From contig CBDETY010000003.1 of the NCBI GenBank assembly GCA_965243025.1, positions 1,888,001-1,952,000 on the forward strand: a stretch of 64,000 nt of DNA, written 5' to 3'. The DNA is from Candidatus Latescibacterota bacterium (GTDB lineage: Bacteria > Latescibacterota > UBA2968 > UBA8231). Numbering within the stretch: position 1 is the stretch's first letter; each line of letters begins with the position of its first letter. Position numbers and translations under genes: made by a program. Shown here piece after piece: positions 9,636 through 20,261 of this stretch. Under the pieces are notes generated by a model. That model ran no database searches and was not told where the DNA came from. It saw only the letters and a list, made by a program, of their open reading frames with translations.

Positions 9636-10958
9636 GGACTGAAAGGCGTCCTCGACATGGGTGACCTCGGGTCCCTCTGAACCGGTCCCGAGCTGCACGG
9701 CGATTACGTCGAACCTCACCTCGCACCCCCGGGGAATGCCGCGGCGGCGAATGAAACACCTGGCGGCGCGGGTCACGCGTTCCTGCTTTTCGGCCGCTAC
9801 CCTGAGTTCCGGGGGGTAGAGCCGGGATTCGCTCGACTTGACCTCGACGAACACCAGGCACTTTGCCCCGCGGGCAACGATGTCGATCTCGCCCCCCGCC
9901 CCCCGGTAGTTGCGCCCGATTACGCGGTACCCGGCAGCAACCAGGTGGGCGGCGGCGAGCTGCTCGCCGCGGGCGCCGATATCGCGCAAACGCCTGCGCC
10001 GCTCCCGCACCGATACCCCGAACTGCCGTTCCTCGTCCTCCGAAAGGGGAACCGCCTTCTTTCCGGAACGCAGCCAGCCCTCGAGGTCCTCGGAACTGGT
10101 CAAGACCTCCAGTTTCTCCCGGCACCGCCGGAGGGCGGGGCTCGGGGCGGGACGCAGTTGCTCCGCAACCGGCTCGAAAGAGCGCCTGTGGAGAGGGCAG
10201 GGGCCGAATTTTTGCAGGGCCCGGCGATGGCCGGCGCTCGCATACCCCTTGTTACTGGCGAAACCGTACTGGGGATACCTTGAATCCAGGTCGACCATCA
10301 TCCGGTCGCGGTGCACCTTGGCGACTATCGCCGCCGCGGCGATGGATACCGAGCGTTCGTCGCCGCTGACGATGGCGGTCTCGGGGAACGGGCTTCCCGG
10401 CTTGAGGGCGCCGTCGACGAGAACCCGCTCGGGTGGTGGAGCAAGTTCCTCCAGGGCTTTCCTCATCGCCTTCAGGGAAGCCTGAAGGATGTTGAGCTCG
10501 TCGATCTCGGGGACACCGATGGAAACCACGGCCACGCACTCCGCCTGTTCGAGAATCTGCCGGAAAAGGGTTTCGCGCACCTCGGGCGGCAGTTTCTTCG
10601 AATCGTCTATCTCCCGGAGCTCGACACCGGGGGGAAATGCGACTGCCGCGGCCACGACAGGGCCCGCCAGGCATCCCCGGCCGACCTCGTCCACTCCTGC
10701 CACCACCTGAACGCCCGACCGCCAGAGACGGGTTTCGAATTCACGCATTCGGCGGACGCGCGCGCATTCGGATTCGCGTCTGCGCATCTGCTCGCGGGCG
10801 CGCACCGCGATCCTGCGCACCCCTGCCCGCCGGTCCCGCTCGAGGACCCGGCAGGCGCGCCGATCGATGAAAGGGTGGGAGCGAACGAGGTCGTCTACCT
10901 GGGAGACCGAGAGGCGTTCGACAACCTTGGGTGTGATACGAGTAACGGGCGCGGACAT
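9615..10958 (-). CDS. rnhB: Ribonuclease HII fused to a C-terminal YraN (UPF0102) nuclease-like domain
   Basis: GVDEVGRGCLAGPVVAAAV, DSKKL, AKVHRD, HRRSF; then GARGEQLAAAHL...GEIDIVA...LVFVEVKS...RFDVIAV in the same frame. Confidence 0.92.
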   Translation of the reverse strand: MSAPVTRITPKVVERLSVSQVDDLVRSHPFIDRRACRVLERDRRAGVRRIAVRAREQMRRRESECARVRRMREFETRLWRSGVQVVAGVDEVGRGCLAGPVVAAAVAFPPGVELREIDDSKKLPPEVRETLFRQILEQAECVAVVSIGVPEIDELNILQASLKAMRKALEELAPPPERVLVDGALKPGSPFPETAIVSGDERSVSIAAAAIVAKVHRDRMMVDLDSRYPQYGFASNKGYASAGHRRALQKFGPCPLHRRSFEPVAEQLRPAPSPALRRCREKLEVLTSSEDLEGWLRSGKKAVPLSEDEERQFGVSVRERRRRLRDIGARGEQLAAAHLVAAGYRVIGRNYRGAGGEIDIVARGAKCLVFVEVKSSESRLYPPELRVAAEKQERVTRAARCFIRRRGIPRGCEVRFDVIAVQLGTGSEGPEVTHVEDAFQSSPFFSL

Positions 10959-10982
10959 GGAGTGTTCAGGTTACAGATGCGA

Positions 10983-11010
10983 TTGACATGGCCCCCTGGT
11001 CCATTATGTT
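10983..11010 (+). promoter_or_regulatory. Putative sigma70 promoter
   Basis: TTGACA-16 nt-TATGTT upstream of the 11086 ORF. Confidence 0.4.
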
Positions 11011-11085
11011 GACGCAATCGCGTTCAAGTCCGGTGAGGGAACCCTCCCGGTTTTTCCGGGTCCATATGTTAAGGAAGGGGGTCCA

Positions 11086-11703
11086 ATGTCGGTGAATGAC
11101 ATGGCAAAGATTGCAGCCGCGGCCCTGATGGCCGCGGGGTTGATCCTGAGGCCGCTGCCGGTCCCGGCGCAGACCGAAATTGAAATCCAGCCCCTGACCG
11201 AGACGAACACCCGGCTCTACCTGAACGACGGCACAGTCGTGATGGGCCGCATGATCGAGCACAGCAAGGACCTCGTCATCCTTCAGGTGAACGAGCAGGT
11301 CTTCACCTTCGAACTCGAAGAGATCGACCGCATCGTAACTCTCGATTCCCTCGGAGCCGGGGCCCGGACAGTCTCCGTCATCGAGTTCCCCTACATCAGC
11401 TTTTTAGGGGGAACGGTCGCCTTCGGCCTGCTGTCCTGGCTGCAGTTCGACACCGCTTCGGACCGCGAGCGCGACGCGGACCTCAACGAGGCCAGCGGCG
11501 TCTTCGCGCGCGCCCGCGAGTTGCGCGACAAGGCCGAGCGCGCGCGTCTGCTGGGGTGGTCTTCGGCGGCATTGGCCGCCGGCAGCACCATCGTTGCCCT
11601 GGTTCCGCGGAGGGAGAAGCGGCGGATGTTCCCCGAACTCGCGCTGCGGTTTCCTGCATCCGGCTCACCCGGAGTGTTCCTGGCCTATAACAGACGCTTC
11701 TGA
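11086..11703 (+). CDS. Hypothetical exported/membrane protein
   Basis: Signal peptide, LNDGTVVMG small beta domain, two hydrophobic segments, ends YNRRF; RBS AAGGGGG. Confidence 0.7.
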   Translation: MSVNDMAKIAAAALMAAGLILRPLPVPAQTEIEIQPLTETNTRLYLNDGTVVMGRMIEHSKDLVILQVNEQVFTFELEEIDRIVTLDSLGAGARTVSVIEFPYISFLGGTVAFGLLSWLQFDTASDRERDADLNEASGVFARARELRDKAERARLLGWSSAALAAGSTIVALVPRREKRRMFPELALRFPASGSPGVFLAYNRRF

Positions 11704-11837
11704 TCGGCGGGGCACTAGTCCCTTCCCGCGATTCCGCGTGAATCGGCCGCCGCCGACCCCGGTCCAGAGAACCTCTGCAACCCGGGGGGACCGGTCGCCC
11801 TCCTCCAGCCCGACCGGTAAACCGAATGGATGCCGGG

Positions 11838-12305
11838 CTATGGCTTGGTTTCGCTGCCGGCACTCTCCGACCCGATGAAGTCGACGAGGCCGCGCAAGGC
11901 CAGCAGATAGCTGTCGCTCCCGAAACCTGCAATCTGCCCGACGCAGACCGGCGCCACTACCGATTTGCGGCGGAACGGTTCCCGGGCATGCACATTCGAA
12001 AGGTGAACTTCCACCGCCGGGAGCCCCACCGCCGCCAGTGCGTCCCTCACGGCCAGGCTGTAGTGAGTAAGTGCCCCGGGGTTGATAACCACACCCCGGG
12101 CCCAGCCGGCGGCATCGTGCAAGACGTCGATAATTGCGCCTTCGTGATTCGATTGTTCGATCCTGAGCTCGACACCGAGCTGCCCCGCAACTTCTCTCAG
12201 GCCGGCGTCGATATTGGCAAGCGTCCCGGAGCCGTACACCCCGGGCTCGCGCCTTCCCAGCAGGTTGAGATTGGGACCGTGAACGACCAGAACTCGTAAC
12301 GCCAC
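11838..12305 (-). CDS. aroQ: Type II 3-dehydroquinate dehydratase
   Basis: [47 protein letters not shown]; GTG start at 12305 inside the longer called ORF. Confidence 0.96.
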   Translation of the reverse strand: MALRVLVVHGPNLNLLGRREPGVYGSGTLANIDAGLREVAGQLGVELRIEQSNHEGAIIDVLHDAAGWARGVVINPGALTHYSLAVRDALAAVGLPAVEVHLSNVHAREPFRRKSVVAPVCVGQIAGFGSDSYLLALRGLVDFIGSESAGSETKP

Positions 12306-12319
12306 TGATTCCTTCCCTT

Positions 12320-13057
12320 CTATTGGCCCGGCTCCTGCAGATGGCGACCAGCCCGTTCCAGCAACAGCGCCGACAGAACAACCCCTGCCGTATCCGAGCG
12401 CAGGGTCCGTTCTCCCCAGGAGAACGGCTGTGCCCCCGCTGCTGTCGCCGCCGCCTCCTCGGTCTTCGAAAATCCCCCTTCCGGGCCGATCATCAGGCCG
12501 ACGGAGGCTCCGTCTGCACTCAAGGAGGCCAGTTCCGGTTGCCCCGCCCCCCGCGGGGCAGAGGCGATCACCACGGTGTCGCACTCGCGCAGCAAGGAAA
12601 CCAGAATGTCCTCGAAGACACCGGGCTCGCTTACTGAAGGCACCCGGGAGCGACCGCACTGCTTGGCCGCCTCCCGCGCAAGGCGCCGCCAGCGCTGCAA
12701 CCGGCTGCCGGCCGCGACCCCCCTCTCCGCCAGCATCGGCCGGATCGATGCAACACCGACCTCCGTCGCTTTTTCGACCACATGGTCGAAACGTTGGCTG
12801 CCCTTCATGACCGCCGCGGCGAGATGCAGCCGTACCGGACTTTCGCCGCGCTCGGGTTCCCTCTCCATAATAACGCCGTGCACCGAGGTACGCTCGACTC
12901 TCTCGATGCGCACGCAATAGAATCCCCCCTGCCCGTCGACGACGTCGACCCGATCCCCGGCAGAGTACCTGCGCACGGCGACGTGGTGGGCTTCGTCTTC
13001 CCGCAGGGTCAGCCGATTTCCCGCGATATCATCGGGATGGACGAGAAAGGAAGGCAT
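12320..13057 (-). CDS. rsmE: 16S rRNA m3U1498 methyltransferase
   Basis: [30 protein letters not shown]. Confidence 0.94.
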   Translation of the reverse strand: MPSFLVHPDDIAGNRLTLREDEAHHVAVRRYSAGDRVDVVDGQGGFYCVRIERVERTSVHGVIMEREPERGESPVRLHLAAAVMKGSQRFDHVVEKATEVGVASIRPMLAERGVAAGSRLQRWRRLAREAAKQCGRSRVPSVSEPGVFEDILVSLLRECDTVVIASAPRGAGQPELASLSADGASVGLMIGPEGGFSKTEEAAATAAGAQPFSWGERTLRSDTAGVVLSALLLERAGRHLQEPGQ

Positions 13058-13078
13058 CGTTCCCCCGTGCGGACCGGC

Positions 13079-13972
13079 TCACGACGGGCAGGCGGAAATA
13101 CCGAGCCAGCCGTCCCTGAACCAGCGGCGGCCGACGCCGAGGCCGGCCCCTCCCAGAAGGGATTCGAAATCGTCCTTTTCCGAGGTCAGAAGTCCTGAAA
13201 ACAGGATCCGCCCGTCGGCGGCGATCAAGCTTCGCATGGCAGGCAGGATCGGAACCTGGAACCGGCTCTCGAGGTTTGCGGCGATCACGTCGAAAGGGTC
13301 CTCTCCGGCCGCCTCGACGCTGCCCTGGACGACGCGCACCCGGCCGCGGCCGCCATCGCGGTCCGCCTCGAGATTTGCAGCGACGTTTTCCCTGGCGCAG
13401 GCGACGGCGTCGGAGTCGACATCGACGGCAACCACTTCCCTCGCCCCGAGTCTGACTGCGGCTATCGCCAGAATGCCGGTGCCGGTGCCGACGTCGAGAA
13501 AGCGCCGTCCGCGAAGTTCAGTCGCCGCCAGCGCTTCAAGACACAGCCGGGTCGATGCGTGGGTGCCGGTTCCGAAGGCCATCGCCGGCTCGATTGCGAT
13601 GTCGATGTCTCCCGGGGAGGTCTCGACCCGGATCCAGGGAGGGTGGACCACCAAGTGGGGAGTCGGCCAGACCTCCTTGTAGAAACGCCGCCATTCCGCA
13701 TTCCAGTCGCGGTCGGCGATGGCGCCTGAATCGATGCCCAGCGGGGAGATTGCGCTCCCCTCGAGCGCTTCGCAAAGTGTCGTTCGGGGAGGCCGATCTT
13801 CAGGGGATTGGCCGATTCCGAACCAGGCGACGATCGCGGCCCTGTCACCGGTCTCCTCGACCACCTCGACCCCGGTGCTGCCGCAGTCGAAACAGATCCC
13901 GACCGCGGCATCCAGATCCTCCGCGCGCAGGGTGAGGGAGACCCTCTGCCAACTCCCCGCTGACGGGCTCAC
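13079..13972 (-). CDS. prmA: Ribosomal protein L11 methyltransferase
   Basis: DWNAEWR, IEPAMAFGTGTHASTRLCL, LDVGTGTGILAI; GTG start overlaps mrp stop. Confidence 0.94.
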   Translation of the reverse strand: MSPSAGSWQRVSLTLRAEDLDAAVGICFDCGSTGVEVVEETGDRAAIVAWFGIGQSPEDRPPRTTLCEALEGSAISPLGIDSGAIADRDWNAEWRRFYKEVWPTPHLVVHPPWIRVETSPGDIDIAIEPAMAFGTGTHASTRLCLEALAATELRGRRFLDVGTGTGILAIAAVRLGAREVVAVDVDSDAVACARENVAANLEADRDGGRGRVRVVQGSVEAAGEDPFDVIAANLESRFQVPILPAMRSLIAADGRILFSGLLTSEKDDFESLLGGAGLGVGRRWFRDGWLGISACPS

Positions 13973-14799
13973 GTAGCCGGCAAGTCCTCCAGCGACGCCA
14001 ACACCCGGGCCGCGAGGGAATCGAAAATCCCTTTCTCCGGGCAACCCTCGCCATCGCCGCCTGCCGCAACCGGGCGGCCGCGGTCCCCCCCCGACCGGAT
14101 ACTCTCCGATATCGGGATCTCCCCGAGAAAGGGAATATCGAGGTCCTCGGCGAGAACCCGTCCCCCGCCTTCCCCGAAAAGGCGGTGGCGTTTGCTGCAC
14201 GACGGACAGTCGTAGTAGCTCATGTTCTCGATGAGCCCCAACACCTCGACCTCGACCTTGTCGAACATGGCGATGCCGCGCTCGACGTCGTCGAGGGCGA
14301 CGTCCTGGGGGGTTGTGACAATGACGGCCCCCGACAGGGCCACCGCCTGACTGAGGGTCAGGGGGATATCTCCTGTACCGGGAGGGAGGTCGAGGAAAAG
14401 GCAGTCGAGAACCCCCCACTCCACCTGGCGGAGAAACTGCTGCACCGCCTGGGCCAGCAGCGGACCCCGCCAGACCACGGGGGTGTCCTCGTCGGCGATC
14501 AACCCCATCGACATGACGGCAAGGCCGTGGCGGAAGACCGGAAGCAGGCGGTTCCCATCCGTCAACTCGGGCTGCTCGTCGATCCCCAGCATCAGTGGGG
14601 CGCTCGGGCCGTAGATATCGGCGTCCAGAAGGCCCACCTGCGCCCCGGTGCGCGCTGCGCCCAGCGCCAGGTTGACGCTCACCGTGGACTTTCCCACCCC
14701 TCCCTTGGCGCTGGCTACGGCAACCATGTTGCGCACACCCGGAACGGTTGCATTCGCGGTTGCCGGGTGCGGCCCCGGAGCCGTCCGATCACCCACCAA
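13969..14799 (-). CDS. mrp: Mrp/ApbC/NBP35 Fe-S cluster carrier ATPase
   Basis: [46 protein letters not shown]. Confidence 0.94.
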   Translation of the reverse strand: MVGDRTAPGPHPATANATVPGVRNMVAVASAKGGVGKSTVSVNLALGAARTGAQVGLLDADIYGPSAPLMLGIDEQPELTDGNRLLPVFRHGLAVMSMGLIADEDTPVVWRGPLLAQAVQQFLRQVEWGVLDCLFLDLPPGTGDIPLTLSQAVALSGAVIVTTPQDVALDDVERGIAMFDKVEVEVLGLIENMSYYDCPSCSKRHRLFGEGGGRVLAEDLDIPFLGEIPISESIRSGGDRGRPVAAGGDGEGCPEKGIFDSLAARVLASLEDLPAT

Positions 14800-15931
14800 A
14801 GGCGTCCCGCATGCGGTCGAAAAACCCCTTGCCTTCCCTGGCGGCCCGATCCCTGTGCAAGTGGTCGAGCTCCTCGAGAAGACGGCGTTCCCTGGCGCTC
14901 AGGTGGGTGGGGGTCCAGACCGTGATCTCGACCAGTTGGTCCCCCACGCCGCGACCTTCGACATGGGGAATCCCCTTTCCCCGCAGCCTCAGCACGTGAC
15001 CCGACTGGGTTCCTTCCGGGATGCGCATCTTGACCTTGCCGACCAGGGTCGGAACCTGCGCGTTGTCCCCGAGCGCCGCCTGGCTTATGGTGATCGGCAG
15101 GCGGTAGAGCACGTCGTTTCCCTCCCGCTGGAAGTCCGGATGCGGCTGCTCTTCGATAAAGACCTGGAGGTCGCCCGCCGGACCGCCGCGGCGTCCCGCG
15201 TCCCCCTCGCCCCGCAAAGGGATGTAGTTGCCGGTGCTGACCCCGGCGGGAATCTTGACGGTCAGAGTCGCCCGGTCCCTGACGGTCCCTTCGCCGCGGC
15301 ACTCGCGGCAGGGATCGCCAACGACCCTCCCTTCCCCATCGCAGGTCGGGCACGCGCCTACGGTAACCGACTGTCCGAAGAAGGAACGGGAGACCTGCTT
15401 GACCTGGCCCATCCCGCCGCAGGTTTCGCAGCTGCGAGGCGAGGATCCGGGGGCCGCTCCCGAACCGGCGCACTCGCCGCACCGCCCCTGGCGGTTGAGG
15501 TGGATTTTCTTCTCGACCCCGGTTGCGACCTCCTCCAGTGTGAGCTCGACGACGACCCTGAGATCCCGCCCCTTCGGCGGTCCGGAGGGGCCCCGCTGGC
15601 GCCGCGTGCTGCCGAAGATGCCGCCGAAAAGTTCGCCGAACAGGTCCTCGAAATCGGAAGCGTGGGTGAAATCCGACCACTGGAACCCGCCCGTGCCGAA
15701 GTTGCCCTCGATCCCGGCGTGGCCGTAGCGGTCGTAGGCGGATTTTTTCTCCGGGTCGCTCAGAACCTCGTAGGCCTCGGAGGCCTCCTTGAATTTCGCC
15801 TCCGCTTCACTGTCTCCCTGGTTGCGGTCGGGGTGATACTTGAGTGCCTGCTTGCGGTAAGCGCTCTTTATGTCCGCTTCCGAAGCCTCTCGCTGAACCC
15901 CGAGCACTTCGTAATAGTCCCGTTTCGCCAT
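14789..15931 (-). CDS. dnaJ: Chaperone DnaJ
   Basis: J domain with HPD, G/F region, four CxxCxGxG repeats. Confidence 0.98.
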   Translation of the reverse strand: MAKRDYYEVLGVQREASEADIKSAYRKQALKYHPDRNQGDSEAEAKFKEASEAYEVLSDPEKKSAYDRYGHAGIEGNFGTGGFQWSDFTHASDFEDLFGELFGGIFGSTRRQRGPSGPPKGRDLRVVVELTLEEVATGVEKKIHLNRQGRCGECAGSGAAPGSSPRSCETCGGMGQVKQVSRSFFGQSVTVGACPTCDGEGRVVGDPCRECRGEGTVRDRATLTVKIPAGVSTGNYIPLRGEGDAGRRGGPAGDLQVFIEEQPHPDFQREGNDVLYRLPITISQAALGDNAQVPTLVGKVKMRIPEGTQSGHVLRLRGKGIPHVEGRGVGDQLVEITVWTPTHLSARERRLLEELDHLHRDRAAREGKGFFDRMRDAFGG

Positions 15932-15955
15932 CAGGCCCCGCCCCGGGAACGCCTG

Positions 15956-16720
15956 TCAACCGTCGCTGGCTTCACTTTCCTCCTTTTCGGCAGGAGCCCT
16001 GCCGACGACTACCCGCGCCGGCCGCAACACCTTCTCCCTCAGCCGGTACCCCTTCTCCATCTCTTCGAGGATCGTTCCGGGCTCGCAGTCGGCGCTTTCC
16101 ACCTCCAGCATCGCTTCGTGGAGGTTGGGATCGAAGGGATTCCCCACCGCCTCGATCTCCTCGAGCCCGTAGCCGTTCAGGATCGTCTGGAACTGGGACA
16201 GGATGAGCTCCACACCCTGTTTCAGGGACCGGGCTTCGGCGGCCTCCTGGGCGAGGGCCCGCCTCATGTTGTCCATCAGGGGAGCGATCTGGAGCAGGAG
16301 GTCGCGCAGGGTTTCCTCGCGCGACTCCGCCCGCATGCGGACGGCGCGCTTGCGAAAGTTGTCCAGCTCCGCGGCGGCCCTCAGGTAACGATCGTAGTTA
16401 TCGGCGGCCTCGGCGCGCGCTTTTTCCAGCTGCACGAACGGGTCGTCGTCCTGCGGGACCTGTCCTTCCTCCGGAGGTGCCTCCCCTTCGCTGCCACTGT
16501 CCCTCGGTCCGGTCGGATCCCGGGAAGCTGCAGCCTCTCCGGAGCCGGCTTCAGCTCCGGGGGCGACCTCGTCCCCGGAATCGTCCCGGGCCTGCGACAG
16601 GTCCGGGGTATCGGCGGGCGGCTGGCCCCCCCCGTCGGCCCGACTGCCGTTCGCCCGGGTCTCCTGTTCGCTGCCGTCGTTCTCGGAAGGCGAGGTCTCC
16701 TCGCTGGTGAATCCTGTCAT
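15956..16720 (-). CDS. grpE: Nucleotide exchange factor GrpE
   Basis: YLRAAAELDNFRKR, FDPNLHEAM, KGYRLREKVLRPARV. Confidence 0.96.
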   Translation of the reverse strand: MTGFTSEETSPSENDGSEQETRANGSRADGGGQPPADTPDLSQARDDSGDEVAPGAEAGSGEAAASRDPTGPRDSGSEGEAPPEEGQVPQDDDPFVQLEKARAEAADNYDRYLRAAAELDNFRKRAVRMRAESREETLRDLLLQIAPLMDNMRRALAQEAAEARSLKQGVELILSQFQTILNGYGLEEIEAVGNPFDPNLHEAMLEVESADCEPGTILEEMEKGYRLREKVLRPARVVVGRAPAEKEESEASDG

Positions 16721-16819
16721 GCCCCCCTGTTCTCCACTCTGCCTTGTGATGGGGTGGTCGGCGATCAGCCCGGCCGCTTCACGGCGGGCAATGCGTAGAT
16801 GGAAGCCACTGCCTGAACG

Positions 16820-17845
16820 TCAACTGACGAAGTCGGCGGCGCGGGATGCGGTGTAGTTCAGCATGGCGAGGAGACGTTTATAGGGCATCCGCGTCGGCCC
16901 GATTATTCCCAGAACGCCAACGGCGTCGCGGGCGGCGTAGCTGGCCGTTACCACGCTGCACTGGCGCATCTCCACGGGCTCGTTCTCCTCCCCTATCGTC
17001 ACCACCACACCCTCGCGCCCGGCCAGCAGGTCGGCGAGCACCTCCTTGCGCTCGAGCAGGTCCACCAGCCCGGCGACTTCGGACGAATCGCTGAACTCCG
17101 GCTGTTCGAAAATGTGGCGGGCCCCGGCTACAAACAGGCCGTGTCCGCGGGGAGCCAGCAGGGATTCGATCTCGTCCAGCACGACCCGCAGCAGCTGCGG
17201 GTGCGGGATCCTCATGCCACCCAGCCGCTCTCTCGCAGTCGACTTGATCTCACTCATGGTGAGGCCGGCCAGACGCTCGTTGAGCAACTGCCTGACGGCA
17301 TTCATATCGGCCTCCGAGACCTCGGAGTCGACCTCGATAACCAGGCTCTGAACCGGACCGAGGCCCAGTGTCGCGACCAGCAGGAGCTGCTGCGAGGTCA
17401 GGCGCACCAGTTCCAGCTTCCGGAAAACCGCCTGCTCGAACCGCGGCGCAAGGGCCAGCCCGAGTTGATTGGAAACGTCTCCCAGGATGGCGGCGAGCTG
17501 AGCGTGAATCTCGTCGGCGCGAACCTGCTGGAACACCTCCTCCAGACTGCTCCGCAGCGACTCCAGCTCCTCTGCGGACAGGTCCAGTGTCTGCGTTTCC
17601 CCCTCGTCGACAAAGAAGCGGTAGCCCTCGTCCGTGGGCAGCCTTCCGGCGGAGGTATGGGGCTGCTGAACCAACCCCTTGCGCTCCAGGCTCGAAAGCG
17701 TCTTGCGCATGGTCGCCGGACTGAACTCGAAGCCCTCTCGCCCCAGAATCGTGCGGGACCCGACCGGGGTACGCAGATCGACGTAGGCCCTGACGAGGGC
17801 CTCGAGGACGAGACGCTCCCGCGTGGTCAGAGATTCGGAAAGCAA
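16820..17845 (-). CDS. hrcA: Heat-inducible transcription repressor HrcA
   Basis: PVGSRT, SPATMR, QPHTSAGRLPTDEGYRFFVD, GIIGPTRMPY. Confidence 0.96.
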   Translation of the reverse strand: MLSESLTTRERLVLEALVRAYVDLRTPVGSRTILGREGFEFSPATMRKTLSSLERKGLVQQPHTSAGRLPTDEGYRFFVDEGETQTLDLSAEELESLRSSLEEVFQQVRADEIHAQLAAILGDVSNQLGLALAPRFEQAVFRKLELVRLTSQQLLLVATLGLGPVQSLVIEVDSEVSEADMNAVRQLLNERLAGLTMSEIKSTARERLGGMRIPHPQLLRVVLDEIESLLAPRGHGLFVAGARHIFEQPEFSDSSEVAGLVDLLERKEVLADLLAGREGVVVTIGEENEPVEMRQCSVVTASYAARDAVGVLGIIGPTRMPYKRLLAMLNYTASRAADFVS

Positions 17846-17964
17846 GTCCGACGACCTCCGGTTCTGTCTGCAATGGGACGAACGGCGGAATTACCGGGGC
17901 GGCCCCGGCGGGCTGCCTGCCACCTAAATGCGAGTATTAACAGCCTCTTCCGGGTCAGCGCGAG

Positions 17965-17992
17965 AAGGTACAGTCGCCGCAGGGCATGTCAA
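17965..17992 (-). promoter_or_regulatory. Putative sigma70 promoter of the hrcA operon
   Basis: Minus strand TTGACA-16 nt-TACCTT about 120 nt upstream of hrcA. Confidence 0.45.
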
Positions 17993-18229
17993 GAGTCGGG
18001 GAGGGCCGAAACCGGGCACTTCCACGCCGCTTCCCGGGCCCCCGGAATGTCTGCAGCCGCCCTCTGAAAACCGGATCGCGCATCGACCGCCGCCATTCCG
18101 TTCCGGGAGCGGACCCCGGTTGGAAGCCGCCCGCAACTGGCATAGTTTCCCTTCCATGCACCGCATGGTTCGTCAGCGGTTTCCCAATCACTGCGAGGGG
18201 GGCCGGCAAGGGCTCCCCCGCCATCGCCG

Positions 18230-18859
18230 ATGAGACGTACTCCCTCACTGTTTCCCATCCTTCTGGCCCTCCTTCCTGTCCCCCCGGTTCAATCGGGAGC
18301 GGAAACGGCTGCGGAGATGCAGGAGGCCGAAGCGGACGCCGGCATGATCGAGCTGTCCGGGTTCTCCATCGACAGGTTCGAGTTCCCCAATCTGGAAGGA
18401 ACGCTCCCGATGGTCGGCGTCAGCTGGGACGAGGCCCAGGAACTCTGCCGGTCGCGGGACAAGCGCCTCTGTTCCGAGCGGGAGTGGGAGATCGCCTGCA
18501 GAGGGCCGGAAAACTTCCGTTACGGGTACGGCAACGAATACGAACCCCGCCGCTGCAACGTCCCCTTTATTCACGAGGGGCGCTGGATCCGCAGCGGGCC
18601 TGCCGCCAGCGGCCTCCACCCCCAATGCGCCACGACTCCCGGGGTGCACGACATGATCGGAAATGTCTGGGAGTGGACCGACGGCTGGTACGACCCGGAC
18701 AGGCGCTGGAGGGTGGTGCGCGGGGGTTCGTGGTTCAACAGTCTCAATTTCGCCCGGGTTGGCGGCCGCTACGGCCTGCGCCTGACCCCCGACTACCGCC
18801 TCGACCTGATCGGCTTCCGCTGCTGCCGGTCAGCCCCGGCCTCTTCGGAGGGCAGGTAG
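18230..18859 (+). CDS. FGE-sulfatase (SUMF1/EgtB/PvdO) domain exported protein
   Basis: Signal peptide; RLCSEREWE, HDMIGNVWEW, RGGSW, GFRC. Confidence 0.9.
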   Translation: MRRTPSLFPILLALLPVPPVQSGAETAAEMQEAEADAGMIELSGFSIDRFEFPNLEGTLPMVGVSWDEAQELCRSRDKRLCSEREWEIACRGPENFRYGYGNEYEPRRCNVPFIHEGRWIRSGPAASGLHPQCATTPGVHDMIGNVWEWTDGWYDPDRRWRVVRGGSWFNSLNFARVGGRYGLRLTPDYRLDLIGFRCCRSAPASSEGR

Positions 18860-18861
18860 CG

Positions 18862-18884
18862 GAAAGGGCCCTCGGCCCCTTTTC
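18862..18884 (+). terminator. Putative intrinsic terminator between convergent genes
   Basis: GGGCC-CTC-GGCCC stem flanked by AAA and TTTT just after the stop. Confidence 0.35.
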
Positions 18885-18975
18885 GGGACGCGGTCGGGTT
18901 TCCCGGTCCAAAGGTGGCATCCGCGCCAGGGAAACAGCAGTGCATTCGGGGGACGCGTTCCCCGCACCTCATTCC

Positions 18976-20091
18976 TCAAGTAAGGCTGTCGTAGATCGCC
19001 TCCAGCGCCTGGGTCTGGCGGCTGGCGTTGTAGTTGGTCTCGACGTGGGCGCGACCTGACCGCCCCATCGCCGGCCACCTCGACGGATCCACGAGCAGGG
19101 CGGCCAGCCTGTCGGCAAGGCCCTCGACATCCCCTTCCCCCGCGAGCAGGCCGCTGGCTTCATCGACGACGTACTCGGGGATATCGGCGTGCCGGGTCGC
19201 CACCACCGGCATTCCCGCCGCCTGCCCCTCGAGCAGGATCACCGGGGCTCCTCCCTCCCCGTCCCCGTCCGACGCGGTCCTGCTCGGCTGGAGCAGGATG
19301 TGGCAGCGGCCCAGCTCTTCGAGGACCCTGGAGTACGGGAGAACCCCGAGCCGCTCCGTGAACTCCCCGATTCCCGTCTCTGCAAGAGCCCCCTCCACCG
19401 CGGGCCGCTCCGGACCGTCCCCGATCAGCACCAGCCGCACATCCGCCCCGGTGCGCTCGCGGGCGCGTGCGACCGCCCTTATCCCGTCGGGAATCCCCTT
19501 CTTTTCGCGAAAAGAGGCGCAGATCAGGACCCGTGTCCGCTCCCCGGCTGCCGGCCGATCGAAGGGAATGCGGGCGAGGTCCACCCCGAGACGGTGGACG
19601 GCGATCTTCCTTTCCGGGCACCCGATGCGGCCCAGCTGCGCCGCCATTGAGCTCCCCTCCGCAAGAAACAGCTCCCCCTCGCTGAAAAGACGGCGATAGA
19701 GGGCCCGCCATTTCGGATTGCCGGCGGCTCGGGTGGCGTCCGCTCCATAAAAGGACGTCACCATCGGCAGGGCAGAGCAGCGCCTTGCCCGCAGGCAGCG
19801 CCCCCCCTGGAAACCGTGGTGGGCGTGGATGAGGTCGGCCCGGTAAGCCCGCAGCACCTCCGGGTAGAAGGGGTACTGCCCGGTAATCCGGCGAACCACG
19901 CGGTTGGCCGCCCCTTTCCAACCCACGAGTGACTCGGCGGTGAAAAGCGCGGAAACAGGGTACTGGTCGAGGTTCCTGGCTTCCTGGGTCAGGGCGACGG
20001 CCCTGTACGACTTCAGCGAGGCGAGCTGGCTGTGGATCCAGGAGCCGGTCTCGGGAAGAAAGGGGGTGGCGCAGTGGGCTACGGTTTTCAT
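18976..20091 (-). CDS. Glycosyltransferase family 4 (WcaL/AmsK-like)
   Basis: IHAHHG, FREKKG, PSRTASDGDGEGGAPVILLEGQAAG, TRHADIPE. Confidence 0.9.
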   Translation of the reverse strand: MKTVAHCATPFLPETGSWIHSQLASLKSYRAVALTQEARNLDQYPVSALFTAESLVGWKGAANRVVRRITGQYPFYPEVLRAYRADLIHAHHGFQGGRCLRARRCSALPMVTSFYGADATRAAGNPKWRALYRRLFSEGELFLAEGSSMAAQLGRIGCPERKIAVHRLGVDLARIPFDRPAAGERTRVLICASFREKKGIPDGIRAVARARERTGADVRLVLIGDGPERPAVEGALAETGIGEFTERLGVLPYSRVLEELGRCHILLQPSRTASDGDGEGGAPVILLEGQAAGMPVVATRHADIPEYVVDEASGLLAGEGDVEGLADRLAALLVDPSRWPAMGRSGRAHVETNYNASRQTQALEAIYDSLT

Positions 20092-20261
20092 GGGGGGAAG
20101 TTGCAAGGCGGGGCTGCCGCAATACTGCCGACTGATCTCCTGCCCGGCAAGGCGCGCGCGCGTGAGCAGCCCGCTTCCAGGGACCCGTTGATCGCCGCGA
20201 CAGGGGGATCCTACATTCCCGCCCCGTCCCTGAACAAACCCGAAACTCGAGAAGTGCAGGC

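Noticed and set aside
11838-14419. Apparent N-terminal extensions or fusions of aroQ and prmA in the ORF track (also mlaF, folA, aspC)
   Set aside because: Extensions overlap upstream genes in other frames; internal starts give normal-length proteins
17914-17940. CIRCE operator upstream of hrcA
   Set aside because: Only one half-site-like TTAATACTC on the minus strand; the second arm 9 nt away does not match GAGTGCTAA
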